The notes under the pieces are model-generated. The model did not search any database and was not told where the DNA came from. It saw nothing but the letters and a program-made list of their open reading frames with translations. Below, piece by piece: positions 39,688 through 48,533 of a stretch of 64,000 bases of DNA; the stretch's first letter is position 1; each line of letters opens with the position of its first letter. The position numbers and the translations under genes are program-made. Source of the DNA: an uncultured Candidatus Saccharibacteria bacterium (GTDB lineage Bacteria > Patescibacteriota > Saccharimonadia > Saccharimonadales > JAGQNJ01); the NCBI GenBank assembly GCA_964510945.1, contig CAZEED010000002.1:144924-208923 (forward strand). Direction: 5' to 3'.

Positions 39688-40153
39688 ATTATTTTCAAGC
39701 GAGACGGGAGATACTATCATTGAAGTATTAATTGCCGTTACGGTTATTGGGCTGGCTATTGGATTAGCGTATGGTGTAGCGAATCGTAGTTTGAAATCAG
39801 CTAGACAATCGCAAGAACGTACAGAAGCCGTAAAACTTGCCGAAGGGCAGACCGAACAGTTGAAGGCATTATCATACAGAGACGATGCCAGTGATCATGG
39901 TATCTTTTCAGTTGGCCAGACGTATTGTTTAAAAAACGGCGTTAAAAAAGTCTTGTCAAAAACTATCGGATCATTGGATAGCGACGATCTTAACAATTAT
40001 GGTGAATGTCAATTGCCATACCCTAGTGGATTGTATAAAGTTGCCGTCGTGCCTAAGGCTAATAATAACTTCGAAGTTTACGTCAGGTGGTTTGGTATTG
40101 GTCAGCTTGAAAAAGAAGAGGTAAAAATAACCTATAGGTTGTATACAGAATGA
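39680..40153 (+). CDS. Minor pilin-like protein
   Basis: The ATG at 39680 overlaps the upstream stop. The signal is SETG|DTIIEVLIAVTVIGLA. Confidence 0.65.
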   Translation: MRRLFSSETGDTIIEVLIAVTVIGLAIGLAYGVANRSLKSARQSQERTEAVKLAEGQTEQLKALSYRDDASDHGIFSVGQTYCLKNGVKKVLSKTIGSLDSDDLNNYGECQLPYPSGLYKVAVVPKANNNFEVYVRWFGIGQLEKEEVKITYRLYTE

Positions 40154-40812
40154 AAAAGCTAAATAAAAATGGTTTTACGCTAGTAGAGCTTATGATAGCA
40201 GTTACAGTGTTTTCTGTCTTATTGCTACTGTCGGCTGCTTCATTAACTCAAATTAGTCGGTTGTATTACAAAGGTGTTATTGTTACAAAAACGCATAATG
40301 TTAACAGGAATATTATTGAAGATATATCACAAGCCTTTCAATTTAGTTCTGGCAATGTAGCTACCGGTAGCTCTGGTAGCAATGGTCTAAAGAGCATCTG
40401 CGTTGGTAATGTTAGATACACTTATGTACTAAATAAACAAATCAACTCAACTAATAAACACGGACTATGGAGAGACAAGGTTGCGTCTAGTGGCTCATGC
40501 ACACCGTTAAACTTTTACGATAATGATGAGCTCAAAAATTCTATATTATCCGCAGATGGTGTTGAGCTATTAGAACCAGGGATAAGGCTTAAGGCTATTT
40601 CGATTACTAGCAATGATGATCTTCCTGGTAGTGATGATATCCCTGAAATCAAGAATGTTAATGTCGCGGTTATATATGGTGACGATGATCTGATTAACTT
40701 TAATGATAGTGCAAAGACTCAACCCCTAGATTGCAAAGGCGATGTCACAGGTTCACAGTGGTGTGCGTTTTCACGACTGTATACTCAAGTTTTTTCTAGA
40801 GTTAAAAGCTAG
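40150..40812 (+). CDS. Minor pilin-like protein
   Basis: ATGA overlap with the upstream gene. The signal is NKNG|FTLVELMIAVTVFSVLLL. Confidence 0.75.
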   Translation: MKKLNKNGFTLVELMIAVTVFSVLLLLSAASLTQISRLYYKGVIVTKTHNVNRNIIEDISQAFQFSSGNVATGSSGSNGLKSICVGNVRYTYVLNKQINSTNKHGLWRDKVASSGSCTPLNFYDNDELKNSILSADGVELLEPGIRLKAISITSNDDLPGSDDIPEIKNVNVAVIYGDDDLINFNDSAKTQPLDCKGDVTGSQWCAFSRLYTQVFSRVKS

Positions 40813-40818
40813 TGTACA

Positions 40819-41880
40819 ATGTATATAAATATGAAAAGCATAAGAACTAAACTAAACCAACAAGGTATCGCATCAATCTTGGTCGCCGGTATCTTTGTAG
40901 TCATCATATCTCTGATAGTGACAAGTTTCGCGTTGTTAATGAGAAGAGAGCAAAGACAAGCTCTAGATAAGCAATTGAGCACCCAAGCATATTACGCTGC
41001 TGAATCTGGTGTTAATGCCGCAGTAAAAGCGCTTGATAACAATGCTAGCGTATCAAATTCGGATTGTAGCAAAACAAACGATGTACTAGGATCTAACGAT
41101 CTTGGGGACGGTTTGCAGTATACGTGCGTACTGATTGATAACGACCCGGGCGAATTAGTATATTCACCGGTTTCTACTGAAAAATCTACAATTTTAAAGC
41201 TTAATGCACCAGGGGCTGATACGATAAATATTAGCTGGCAAGATTCGGCAAATAATGAAAATTATGTCACTGCGTCCGATGGTCACCCATTGTCTAATGA
41301 TAGTTCTTTAGGGCCATTGCGTGATGAAGTGTGGCAGTCAGGCGTTCTTCGTGTATCTTTAATGCCTATAACTCAGCCAATTACACGCGAAAAATTAATC
41401 AAAGAGACTCAGACTCTATTCTTATACCCTAACTTAAATACAACTGCTGGAAGAATCGGTACTCATCAATTTTCTGCGTCTCCAGCCGGGCAAGGTGTAT
41501 TTGTAGATGGTGAATGTAACCCTGCAAACGGCGGGACAAATCCTGATATGCCTTATGACTGTAATATGAAAATTACTAATTTACCGGGGGTGGATTCGTA
41601 CTATATTAGGCTAAAATCAATCTTGAGTACACATTCTGTTCAGATTACTGCTAATGGTGATGGCAATCAGATTCAGTTACCTGGTACGCAGGCTGTTATT
41701 GATGCTACCGGTAAGGCCAACGATGTGCTTCGTCGAATTCAAGTACGCGTGCCTTTAAATGCGGATTACAGCTATCCAGAGTTTGGCCTAGAGACAACTA
41801 ATGCAATATGTAAAGATCTAGAACTATACGTACACATTCCAGATCATTTATTTAATATGGATAAAGATAACTGCTCATAA
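40819..41880 (+). CDS. PilX-N-like pilus assembly protein
   Basis: QQGIASILVAGIFVVIISLIVTSFALLMRREQRQALDKQLSTQAYYAAESGVNAA matches the PilX N-terminal pattern (hydrophobic helix ... QA.YAAE.G). Confidence 0.6.
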   Translation: MYINMKSIRTKLNQQGIASILVAGIFVVIISLIVTSFALLMRREQRQALDKQLSTQAYYAAESGVNAAVKALDNNASVSNSDCSKTNDVLGSNDLGDGLQYTCVLIDNDPGELVYSPVSTEKSTILKLNAPGADTINISWQDSANNENYVTASDGHPLSNDSSLGPLRDEVWQSGVLRVSLMPITQPITREKLIKETQTLFLYPNLNTTAGRIGTHQFSASPAGQGVFVDGECNPANGGTNPDMPYDCNMKITNLPGVDSYYIRLKSILSTHSVQITANGDGNQIQLPGTQAVIDATGKANDVLRRIQVRVPLNADYSYPEFGLETTNAICKDLELYVHIPDHLFNMDKDNCS

Positions 41881-41881
41881 T

Positions 41882-42796
41882 CTAACTAGGGTCTCTATGG
41901 AATTGATCGTGGATTTTCTTCAAGTGTGGATCGGTTACATGGGTATAGATCTGTGTAGTTGCTACGTTACTATGGCCTAGCATAGCCTGTACGCTTCGTA
42001 GATCTGCGCCGTTCATAAGTAGATCGGTCGCGAATGAGTGTCGCAAGGTATGCGGAGAGACATGTTTGGTGATTCCCGCTGACTTTGCATATTTTTCGAC
42101 CATTCTTTGTACACTACGTGGCGAAAGTCGTTTGTAGTCTCCACTCAAATTTGCAGAATTTTTACCGCTGTTATTGATAAAGAGTGGTGTTAGTGTGTCA
42201 GTTCGTTTTTCTAGGTATCGTTCTATCCACTCGACCACGTTTTCGCTAATAAAGATTGGTCGATCTTTTTGACCTTTACCTCGCACCATGAATTCACGAC
42301 GTTTGAGGTTGATGTCGTCACGATTTAGCTTTACTAGCTCAGAAACTCTAAGTCCACTAGAAAACAACAATTCTAAGATGGCACGATCACGTAGTCCCGC
42401 AATATTTTCTGTTTTTGGCGCAGAAAATAACCGCGTAAGTTCGTCTTGGTCTAGAAAGGTTACTTGCGGTCTTTTTGTCCTTGCTAGCTCAATTTTATCC
42501 GCAGGGAGCGTGTCGATATCTCTCTTTGCACAAAATTTTAAAAATGATCGGAGAGCTATGAGATGGTAATTTTGAGTAGTTTTTTGTAGTTCGTCAGATG
42601 TATTAGTACCTAATCTGTTTAGCCATAGACGCCATTTTTGCACAAATTCTGGCGTTATGTCGCTAAGTTTAATATCTCCGCCAAAATCTTCTAACCGCGT
42701 TAGGTAATGGTCGTAATTTTGAATAGTTTTTTGTGAACGGTTTTGTTCAATTTCTAGATATTCTAAAAAGTCGGTTTTAGCTTTAGCAAATTGCAT
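41882..42796 (-). CDS. xerC: Tyrosine recombinase, XerC/XerD family
   Basis: An N-terminal SAM-like core-binding domain. Catalytic residues lie in SGLRVSEL, HTLRHSFATDLL and GHSNVATTQIYTHV. Confidence 0.9.
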   Translation of the reverse strand: MQFAKAKTDFLEYLEIEQNRSQKTIQNYDHYLTRLEDFGGDIKLSDITPEFVQKWRLWLNRLGTNTSDELQKTTQNYHLIALRSFLKFCAKRDIDTLPADKIELARTKRPQVTFLDQDELTRLFSAPKTENIAGLRDRAILELLFSSGLRVSELVKLNRDDINLKRREFMVRGKGQKDRPIFISENVVEWIERYLEKRTDTLTPLFINNSGKNSANLSGDYKRLSPRSVQRMVEKYAKSAGITKHVSPHTLRHSFATDLLMNGADLRSVQAMLGHSNVATTQIYTHVTDPHLKKIHDQFHRDPS

Positions 42797-42889
42797 ATAT
42801 TTATCATACGCTACTTACTGTTCATTTTACTCCTCAGTCTGTTACAATAAGCTTTATAGATTGGTTAATATAAATAAGGAGAAGACATT

Positions 42890-43408
42890 TTGGAAAGAAC
42901 ATTAGTTGTGCTTAAACCTGACACAATTCAAAGAGCTATAAATGGCGAAATTATCACTAGATTTGAAAAGGCTGGGCTTAAAATAGTGGGATTAAAAATG
43001 GTGGCGCCAGACGAAAAGCATTTTCACGAACATTATGAAGGAATAAGCAAGTTAATTACTCGTTGGGGTGAGGATATATACAAGGTAACTATCAGTCAGA
43101 TGACTAAAGCGCCAGTGGTGGCGATAGTGCTTGAAGGTGTTGACGCTGTAGCACACGTCAGAAAGATGGTAGGTACCCTTGATCCTAAAGAATCAGCACC
43201 AGGCACTATCCGCGGTGATTTTACCCATGTTTCTAGAGCATTTACGAATGAACGTGGTGGTACACTCCCGAATATCATCCATGCGTCTGGTGATGTAGAC
43301 GAAGCCAAACAAGAAATTGATCTTTGGTTTAATAGTGACGAACTCTATGATTATCAGACCGCACATGAAGAAATTGTAAAAGGGCACGTACCCGATCTTA
43401 AGAAATAG
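42890..43408 (+). CDS. ndk: Nucleoside diphosphate kinase
   Basis: TTG start 8 nt after AAGGAG. ERTLVVLKPD, GTIRGDF, and NIIHASG (active-site His). Confidence 0.92.
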   Translation: MERTLVVLKPDTIQRAINGEIITRFEKAGLKIVGLKMVAPDEKHFHEHYEGISKLITRWGEDIYKVTISQMTKAPVVAIVLEGVDAVAHVRKMVGTLDPKESAPGTIRGDFTHVSRAFTNERGGTLPNIIHASGDVDEAKQEIDLWFNSDELYDYQTAHEEIVKGHVPDLKK

Positions 43409-43437
43409 CCAGATAAATTATAAATCGGGTCGCGCAT

Positions 43438-44013
43438 ATGAATGATTTTGACGAAATTGAATGCAAATACCTAGATATTAATATTTCTTATTTAACGGAT
43501 AAAATCGAGGCGTTAGGTGGCGTAAAAATGTTTAGCCGAACGTTTAGAAGTTATGTTTTTGATTATCCGGATAAGAGTTTAGATACTAAATATGCTTGGC
43601 TACGTCTTCGAGATGAGGGTGATGCTATCAGATTAGCTTATAAACAGCGTCAAGGAGTAAAAGACGGCAAGAATGACGAAGGTATGAAGGAAGTTGAAGT
43701 AGTTGTTGATGATTTTGAAAAAACTGCCAAAATTTTTCGATCCTTGGGCATGGAAGTTAAATTTTATGAAGAAAAAAAGCGAATTCAGTATGAACTTAAT
43801 GGTGTGGAGGTTTGCATTGATCAGTGGCCTCTTATCCCGCCATATGCTGAGATAGAAGGACGTAGCTGGGAAGAAGTAGATACTATGGCCGAGAAACTCG
43901 GCTTTGATCTCAAAAATAAAAAAATCTTCTCTGCCATGCAAGTCTTTGCAAAGTACGGGATAAACGAAAATGATTATTCGGTCTTAACCTTCGACAAACA
44001 GATCAAAAAGTAA
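43438..44013 (+). CDS. CYTH-domain protein (CyaB/ThTPase-like triphosphate tunnel enzyme)
   Basis: The N-terminal EIECKY matches the CYTH ExExK signature. Repeated beta-strand charged pattern over ~190 aa. Confidence 0.8.
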   Translation: MNDFDEIECKYLDINISYLTDKIEALGGVKMFSRTFRSYVFDYPDKSLDTKYAWLRLRDEGDAIRLAYKQRQGVKDGKNDEGMKEVEVVVDDFEKTAKIFRSLGMEVKFYEEKKRIQYELNGVEVCIDQWPLIPPYAEIEGRSWEEVDTMAEKLGFDLKNKKIFSAMQVFAKYGINENDYSVLTFDKQIKK

Positions 44014-44044
44014 ATACTAGTGCCATTGGCGAGTGCTTGAAGGA

Positions 44045-44152
44045 TGGTACCCCGGACAGGATTCGAATTGATTGATCCGCTCGAGAGCTAAAGCATCTCG
44101 CTAGAAATATGTATAACTCAACCAGTCCCCGACTGTTTTCGCCTCGCGGTCC
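44045..44152 (-). repeat. tRNA-3'-tailed conserved element, copy 1 (~108 nt)
   Basis: It aligns with 53969-54079, and the core is ~59/64 identical. It ends (minus strand) in TTCGAATCCTGTCCGGGGTACCA, identical to the last 23 nt of the adjacent tRNA-Arg. Confidence 0.7.
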
Positions 44153-44164
44153 TAATCCAGGCTC

Positions 44165-44209
44165 AGAAATAAGAGTAGTCGATAGGTGACGATGTCACCA
44201 ACCGACTAC
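44165..44209 (-). terminator. Hairpin plus U-rich tract immediately after tRNA-Arg
   Basis: Minus strand: GTAGTCG-gtt-GGTGAC-atc-GTCACC-tat-CGACTAC, followed by TCTTATTTCT. Confidence 0.55.
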
Positions 44210-44286
44210 TGGTACCCCGGACAGGATTCGAACCTGTGACGCCCGCCTTAGGACGGCGGCGCTCTAATCCACTGAGCTACCGGGGC
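44210..44286 (-). tRNA. tRNA-Arg (anticodon CCT), CCA encoded
   Basis: GCCCCGG-TA-GCTC-AGTGGATTA-GAGC-G-CCGCC-GTCCTAA-GGCGG-GCGTC-ACAGG-TTCGAAT-CCTGT-CCGGGGT-A-CCA. Full cloverleaf. Confidence 0.92.
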
Positions 44287-44371
44287 ATGCTCTCAATATA
44301 ATACCCTATAACTCTTGTTGGTAATAAGGGATAGTTTGATATAATAAAAGTGTTCAATAATAAAAATAAAC

Positions 44372-46594
44372 ATGAAAAAACAGATTAAACCGATTTTTAT
44401 AGTAGCTTTTTTTACTATTTCTTCGGTTTTATTATTTATAACTGTTCACAAAAAGACCTTTTCTAATCCTACCGATTTCGGGTCACAGGCAAAAAATTCA
44501 GTTACGAATGTAGGATCTGCTGATTATGAAGGCGCTGTTACTCCTAAAAACGATAATCCTACTAAAAGAACTGAAGTTAATAGGCCTAAAGAATCTGATC
44601 AAACTCTATTAAAGGTCGATAATCAAAGGGATCTAAACTCATTTATTGCTATCAATAAGTTAGAATCATCTGATATCACAAAATCTAAATCTTTGTCTGG
44701 TACTTATATCGTCAAAAAACCAAAAACTGAGTTAAAGGCAGATAATGTTAGCCTATATGAGCGCAAGAAATACTCAGCCCTATATACTTTTTCTACACAA
44801 GACGCATTGTACCCCCAATGGTATACATCAGCTATCCGAGCTGATGATATTTGGGATGAGAACATTGGTAGCGCTTCAACAACTGTCGCTGTTATCGATA
44901 CCGGCTTTGCATTAAATCATGAGGATCTTGTTGGACGATGGGCTGATGGTGGATATGATTTTTACAATAATGATACTGATCCGTCGGCTGGTACAACTAA
45001 TGTAAACGGTTCTGGCGTATCACACGGGACATTAACGGCGGGGTTGGTCGGAGCAACGGGTGATAATGGCGTTGGCGTGGCAAGTGTAAACTGGAAAACT
45101 AAGATTTTACCTCTGCAGGTTCTTAGTGATAGCGGTTCAGGATGGACTGACGATGTCGCGGCAGCCATTAATTATGCAGTTACTCAGGGAGCAGATGTCA
45201 TTAATATGAGTTTGGGCTCGAGTGGATCAGACCTAATATTAGAGCAGGCAATCGATAATGCTGTTGATTCAGGGGTTACAGTTGTGGCGGCTGCAGGCAA
45301 TTGTGGATCTAGTAGTTATGCCTACCAAGGCTGTTCTTACCAAGGAGAAATATTGTATCCTGCAGCGCTACCAGGTGTGATCGCAGTGGGGGCGACAGAT
45401 AGCTCGAATAATCGGTCAGATTTTAGTAGTTACGGGAATGCAGTAGATGTTATGGCGCCTGGACAGGGGTCGATTAAAAGCACAATGTGGACTAAAAATA
45501 ATCAAACTTCCGCCTACAGCAGTTCTCTTGCCGGTACTTCGTTTGCCTCACCCATTGTTGCTGGTGTTGTAGCCTTAAAAATTGGTCAAGAGCCAGCTAT
45601 CACCCCTGCGGAAGTTAGGAGCGAGCTTATTTCTTCTGCAAATAAGGTTAATGTAATGGGAAATAATTTTTTCACTAACTATTATGGTTATGGCTTAATC
45701 GATGCCTATAAATTGTTCCATCAGGCCTCCTGTAATAACACTACAGATTCTCCTAGTGGTAATGGTCAGCAAATTTTATCTGAAAAACACAACGCTAAAA
45801 GTCCTACTACTATGTGGTATGTACAACGAAATAATACGGATTCTCACTGTGAGGAGGCTAGTCGATGGAACTCTAGCTATAGTCAGTGGGAACATACGGC
45901 AGTGACTAATGTACCAACGCTTGATTCGGATAACGAGAAGATGTTATTTGCTGATACTAACGGAGACGGAGCCAGTGAGCTAATAAGAATTAAATATAAT
46001 AACCCTTCTGGAAAAGTAATCTTAAATTTTTGGGATAACACGTTACAATCATGGGCAAAGCAAGTAACAACTAATCTGAATGCGGGCAGTATGGCCTTCG
46101 GTGATATCCAGGCGGCCGATACTAATGGCAATGGCAAGGACGAATTGTTCTTTATCAAATACAATCACAATAGTTCGAATAAAGTCGTATTCTACAGATG
46201 GGACTCTTCAACTTATCAGGCTTGGAACAAAAAAGTTAAATCTAGACTTGGCGAAATTGACAGTTCGAAAGGCACAATTATTCCAGTTGATTTTAATGGG
46301 GATAAAATCGATCGTTTTGTTTTTGTTAAATATAGGGGGACGAAATCAAATAAAGTTGAATTTAGGATTTTTTCAGGAGATTACCAAGAATGGAAACAGC
46401 TCTATACAACTAATTTAAGTACAAGTTTAGCAACAAATGGTTTTGTAATACCGACAGATGCAAATGGGAACCGTAAGGATGAACTGAATTTTGTAAAACG
46501 CCAATCTAGCGAGAACAAAGTTGTTATCTATAGGTGGAAATCTGATTTCCATAGCTGGTCTGTAATAAATACCACTAATCTAGAAGAGTATTAA
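44372..46594 (+). CDS. Secreted subtilisin-like S8 peptidase with four C-terminal FG-GAP/VCBS-like repeats
   Basis: Signal/TM helix. Catalytic triad in VAVIDTGF, HGTLTAG and GTSFASP. C-terminal repeats are DTNGDGASELIRIKYNN, DTNGNGKDELFFIKYNH, DFNGDKIDRFVFVKYRG and DANGNRKDELNFVKRQS. Confidence 0.88.
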   Translation: MKKQIKPIFIVAFFTISSVLLFITVHKKTFSNPTDFGSQAKNSVTNVGSADYEGAVTPKNDNPTKRTEVNRPKESDQTLLKVDNQRDLNSFIAINKLESSDITKSKSLSGTYIVKKPKTELKADNVSLYERKKYSALYTFSTQDALYPQWYTSAIRADDIWDENIGSASTTVAVIDTGFALNHEDLVGRWADGGYDFYNNDTDPSAGTTNVNGSGVSHGTLTAGLVGATGDNGVGVASVNWKTKILPLQVLSDSGSGWTDDVAAAINYAVTQGADVINMSLGSSGSDLILEQAIDNAVDSGVTVVAAAGNCGSSSYAYQGCSYQGEILYPAALPGVIAVGATDSSNNRSDFSSYGNAVDVMAPGQGSIKSTMWTKNNQTSAYSSSLAGTSFASPIVAGVVALKIGQEPAITPAEVRSELISSANKVNVMGNNFFTNYYGYGLIDAYKLFHQASCNNTTDSPSGNGQQILSEKHNAKSPTTMWYVQRNNTDSHCEEASRWNSSYSQWEHTAVTNVPTLDSDNEKMLFADTNGDGASELIRIKYNNPSGKVILNFWDNTLQSWAKQVTTNLNAGSMAFGDIQAADTNGNGKDELFFIKYNHNSSNKVVFYRWDSSTYQAWNKKVKSRLGEIDSSKGTIIPVDFNGDKIDRFVFVKYRGTKSNKVEFRIFSGDYQEWKQLYTTNLSTSLATNGFVIPTDANGNRKDELNFVKRQSSENKVVIYRWKSDFHSWSVINTTNLEEY

Positions 46595-46620
46595 TTTTAG
46601 CGTTAAGGTAGAATACTAAT

Positions 46621-47178
46621 ATGAGTAAAGTATTAAAAGACAAACAAAAAAGCCCAGAGAAACAGTTTGAAGATCAGTTTGATGATGAAGAGGTGTTATA
46701 TGTTTTTCGCAAACATCCGATTGTTATGCGTAAAGGTCTTATTTTTTCTATGCTAGCGATTCTGGCCGGAACTATCCCGTCACTGATAAAACCAGAAATG
46801 TCCTACTTTTTTTTGGGTCTTGCCGGAGGTTTTCTGCTCGGGTTTTTGATATTCATGCCTTATTGGATTTCGTGGTATTACAGTGTCTATATTGTTACAG
46901 ATCAAAGATTGATTCAGATATCACGAAAAGGTTTATTTAGTAAAACCGTAGTTGATATGAGCCTAAACCAGATCCAGTCGATGAATTATTCTGTCAGTGG
47001 ATTACAGGAAACACTGCTTAAGTTTGGTACAATGGTTATACAAACATATATAGGAGATCTAGTAATACACGACGTACATCATCCTGAACACGTACAGAAG
47101 ACTTTAGCCAAGATTTTAAGAGAGCAAGGTATATCGACTAAAAGTTTTGTTCAGGATAGCGAAGAAGAGGAATCATAG
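46621..47178 (+). CDS. Membrane bPH_2 (YdbS/YdbT-like) PH-domain protein
   Basis: VLYVFRKHPIV, then two TM helices, then YIVTDQRLIQISRKGLFSKTVVDMSLNQIQS. Confidence 0.65.
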   Translation: MSKVLKDKQKSPEKQFEDQFDDEEVLYVFRKHPIVMRKGLIFSMLAILAGTIPSLIKPEMSYFFLGLAGGFLLGFLIFMPYWISWYYSVYIVTDQRLIQISRKGLFSKTVVDMSLNQIQSMNYSVSGLQETLLKFGTMVIQTYIGDLVIHDVHHPEHVQKTLAKILREQGISTKSFVQDSEEEES

Positions 47179-47182
47179 AATA

Positions 47183-48247
47183 ATGAAAAAATATTTCAAA
47201 AAAATTAAGAATAAAACTAGTGAGTTCAAAGAAGCGAAGGCTCGTGAGAACGAACCGCCAAAAACAGTCCCAGTTATTTCAAACAAAACTGTCCCAGAGC
47301 ATCGAGACGAAGTACTATCGTCGGCCCGAAAGTTTATTTATCCACTCCAGCATTCTAAACATCGGATAGTAGTGATTACCATCGGAATATTACTATCGGC
47401 AGTTGTTATCTTTTTCTCGTATTGTACTTTGGCGTTGTATTCTTTACAATCAACTTCAACATTTATTTATAAGGTAACGCAGATATTTCCTTTTCCAATT
47501 GCTAGAGTTGGTAGGGATTTTGTCTCTTATGAGAACTATTTGTTTGAATTAAGACGTTATAAACATTACTACGATAGTCAGCAAAAAGTTGACTTCAATT
47601 CAGAGTCCGGTAGACAACAATTAGCGGAGTATCAGAAGAGGGCATTAGACAAAGTTATTGATTTTAGTTACGTAAAAGAACTCGCTAAACAAAACGATGT
47701 AAGTGTTACTGGTAGTGAAGTAGATGAACAAATTAAGCTATTAAAAGAACAAAATAGACTAGGGAATGGCGAACAAGTATTTGAGGATGTTTTAAAGGAT
47801 TATTTTGGCTGGTCAGTCGCAGAATTCAGACGATACCTAGAGCAAGAGATGTTGACTCAAAAAGTTGTAGCAACTCTAGATAAACAAACTCAGGCAAAAG
47901 CTAATAAAGCCTATTCAGAGTTAAAATCGGGAAAAAGCTTCGCCAAAGTAGCGAAAAAGTATTCAGACGATCTGTCGACAAAAAACAATGGTGGCGAAAT
48001 AGGCTTTACTATAAGTAGGCAAAGTAAAGATATAACACCTCAGGCTACCGATGTGCTTTTCCAGTTAAAGAAAGGGCAGTTTTCTAAAGTTATTAATACT
48101 GGTTATAGTTTAGAAATTTTTAAACTTGATAGCAAAAGTGGTGATAAAGTAAATGGTTCACATATTTTGTTCAAGTTTAAAGACATTAATCAGTATATTA
48201 ATGATCTAAAAGAACAGAAACCGGCCAAAAAATACGTAAATCAATAA
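47183..48247 (+). CDS. Membrane-anchored peptidyl-prolyl isomerase (parvulin/PrsA-SurA-like)
   Basis: The ATG at 47183 follows the upstream stop. One TM helix. Parvulin segment FAKVAKKYSDDLSTKNNGGEIGF...GYSLEIFKL. Confidence 0.8.
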   Translation: MKKYFKKIKNKTSEFKEAKARENEPPKTVPVISNKTVPEHRDEVLSSARKFIYPLQHSKHRIVVITIGILLSAVVIFFSYCTLALYSLQSTSTFIYKVTQIFPFPIARVGRDFVSYENYLFELRRYKHYYDSQQKVDFNSESGRQQLAEYQKRALDKVIDFSYVKELAKQNDVSVTGSEVDEQIKLLKEQNRLGNGEQVFEDVLKDYFGWSVAEFRRYLEQEMLTQKVVATLDKQTQAKANKAYSELKSGKSFAKVAKKYSDDLSTKNNGGEIGFTISRQSKDITPQATDVLFQLKKGQFSKVINTGYSLEIFKLDSKSGDKVNGSHILFKFKDINQYINDLKEQKPAKKYVNQ

Positions 48248-48252
48248 TTAAG

Positions 48253-48327
48253 TGGTGCGGGTAGAGAGAATCGAACTCTCCTCTCGACCTTGGGAAGGTC
48301 GCATATTAACCACTATACGATACCCGC
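48253..48327 (-). tRNA. tRNA-Gly (anticodon CCC), CCA encoded
   Basis: Reverse complement: GCGGGTA-TC-GTAT-AGTGGTTA-ATAT-G-CGACC-TTCCCAA-GGTCG-AGAG-GAGAG-TTCGATT-CTCTC-TACCCGC-A-CCA. Confidence 0.9.
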
Positions 48328-48395
48328 GCGGACGTAATTAATTATACATCTACCTCTGTTTTATTCAATTATTTCTGATAAAATATATCAAATAT

Positions 48396-48471
48396 GCCAC
48401 CGTAGCTCAGTTGGTAGAGCAACACATTCGTAACGTGTAGGTCAGCAGTTCAATTCTGCTCGGTGGCTCCA
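48396..48471 (+). tRNA. tRNA-Thr (anticodon CGT), discriminator U, CCA encoded
   Basis: GCCACCG-TA-GCTC-AGTTGGTA-GAGC-A-ACACA-TTCGTAA-CGTGT-AGGTC-AGCAG-TTCAATT-CTGCT-CGGTGGC-T-CCA. There is one A-C mismatch at 31:39. Confidence 0.88.
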
Positions 48472-48533
48472 TGTTGCTGTTAACAGATAAAACTGCTATC
48501 ATTTCACTTGTTCGCTTTTTAGCTATTTCAGGT

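Noticed and set aside
44045-44209. The idea that the tRNA-tailed elements are tmRNA (one-piece or permuted), or intron-containing or permuted tRNA genes.
   Set aside because: There is no 5' acceptor strand complementary to the 3' tail, no 5' T-stem strand, no GGGG...GGAUUCGAC-type tmRNA 5' domain and no tag ORF. The intact tRNAs upstream are complete without them.
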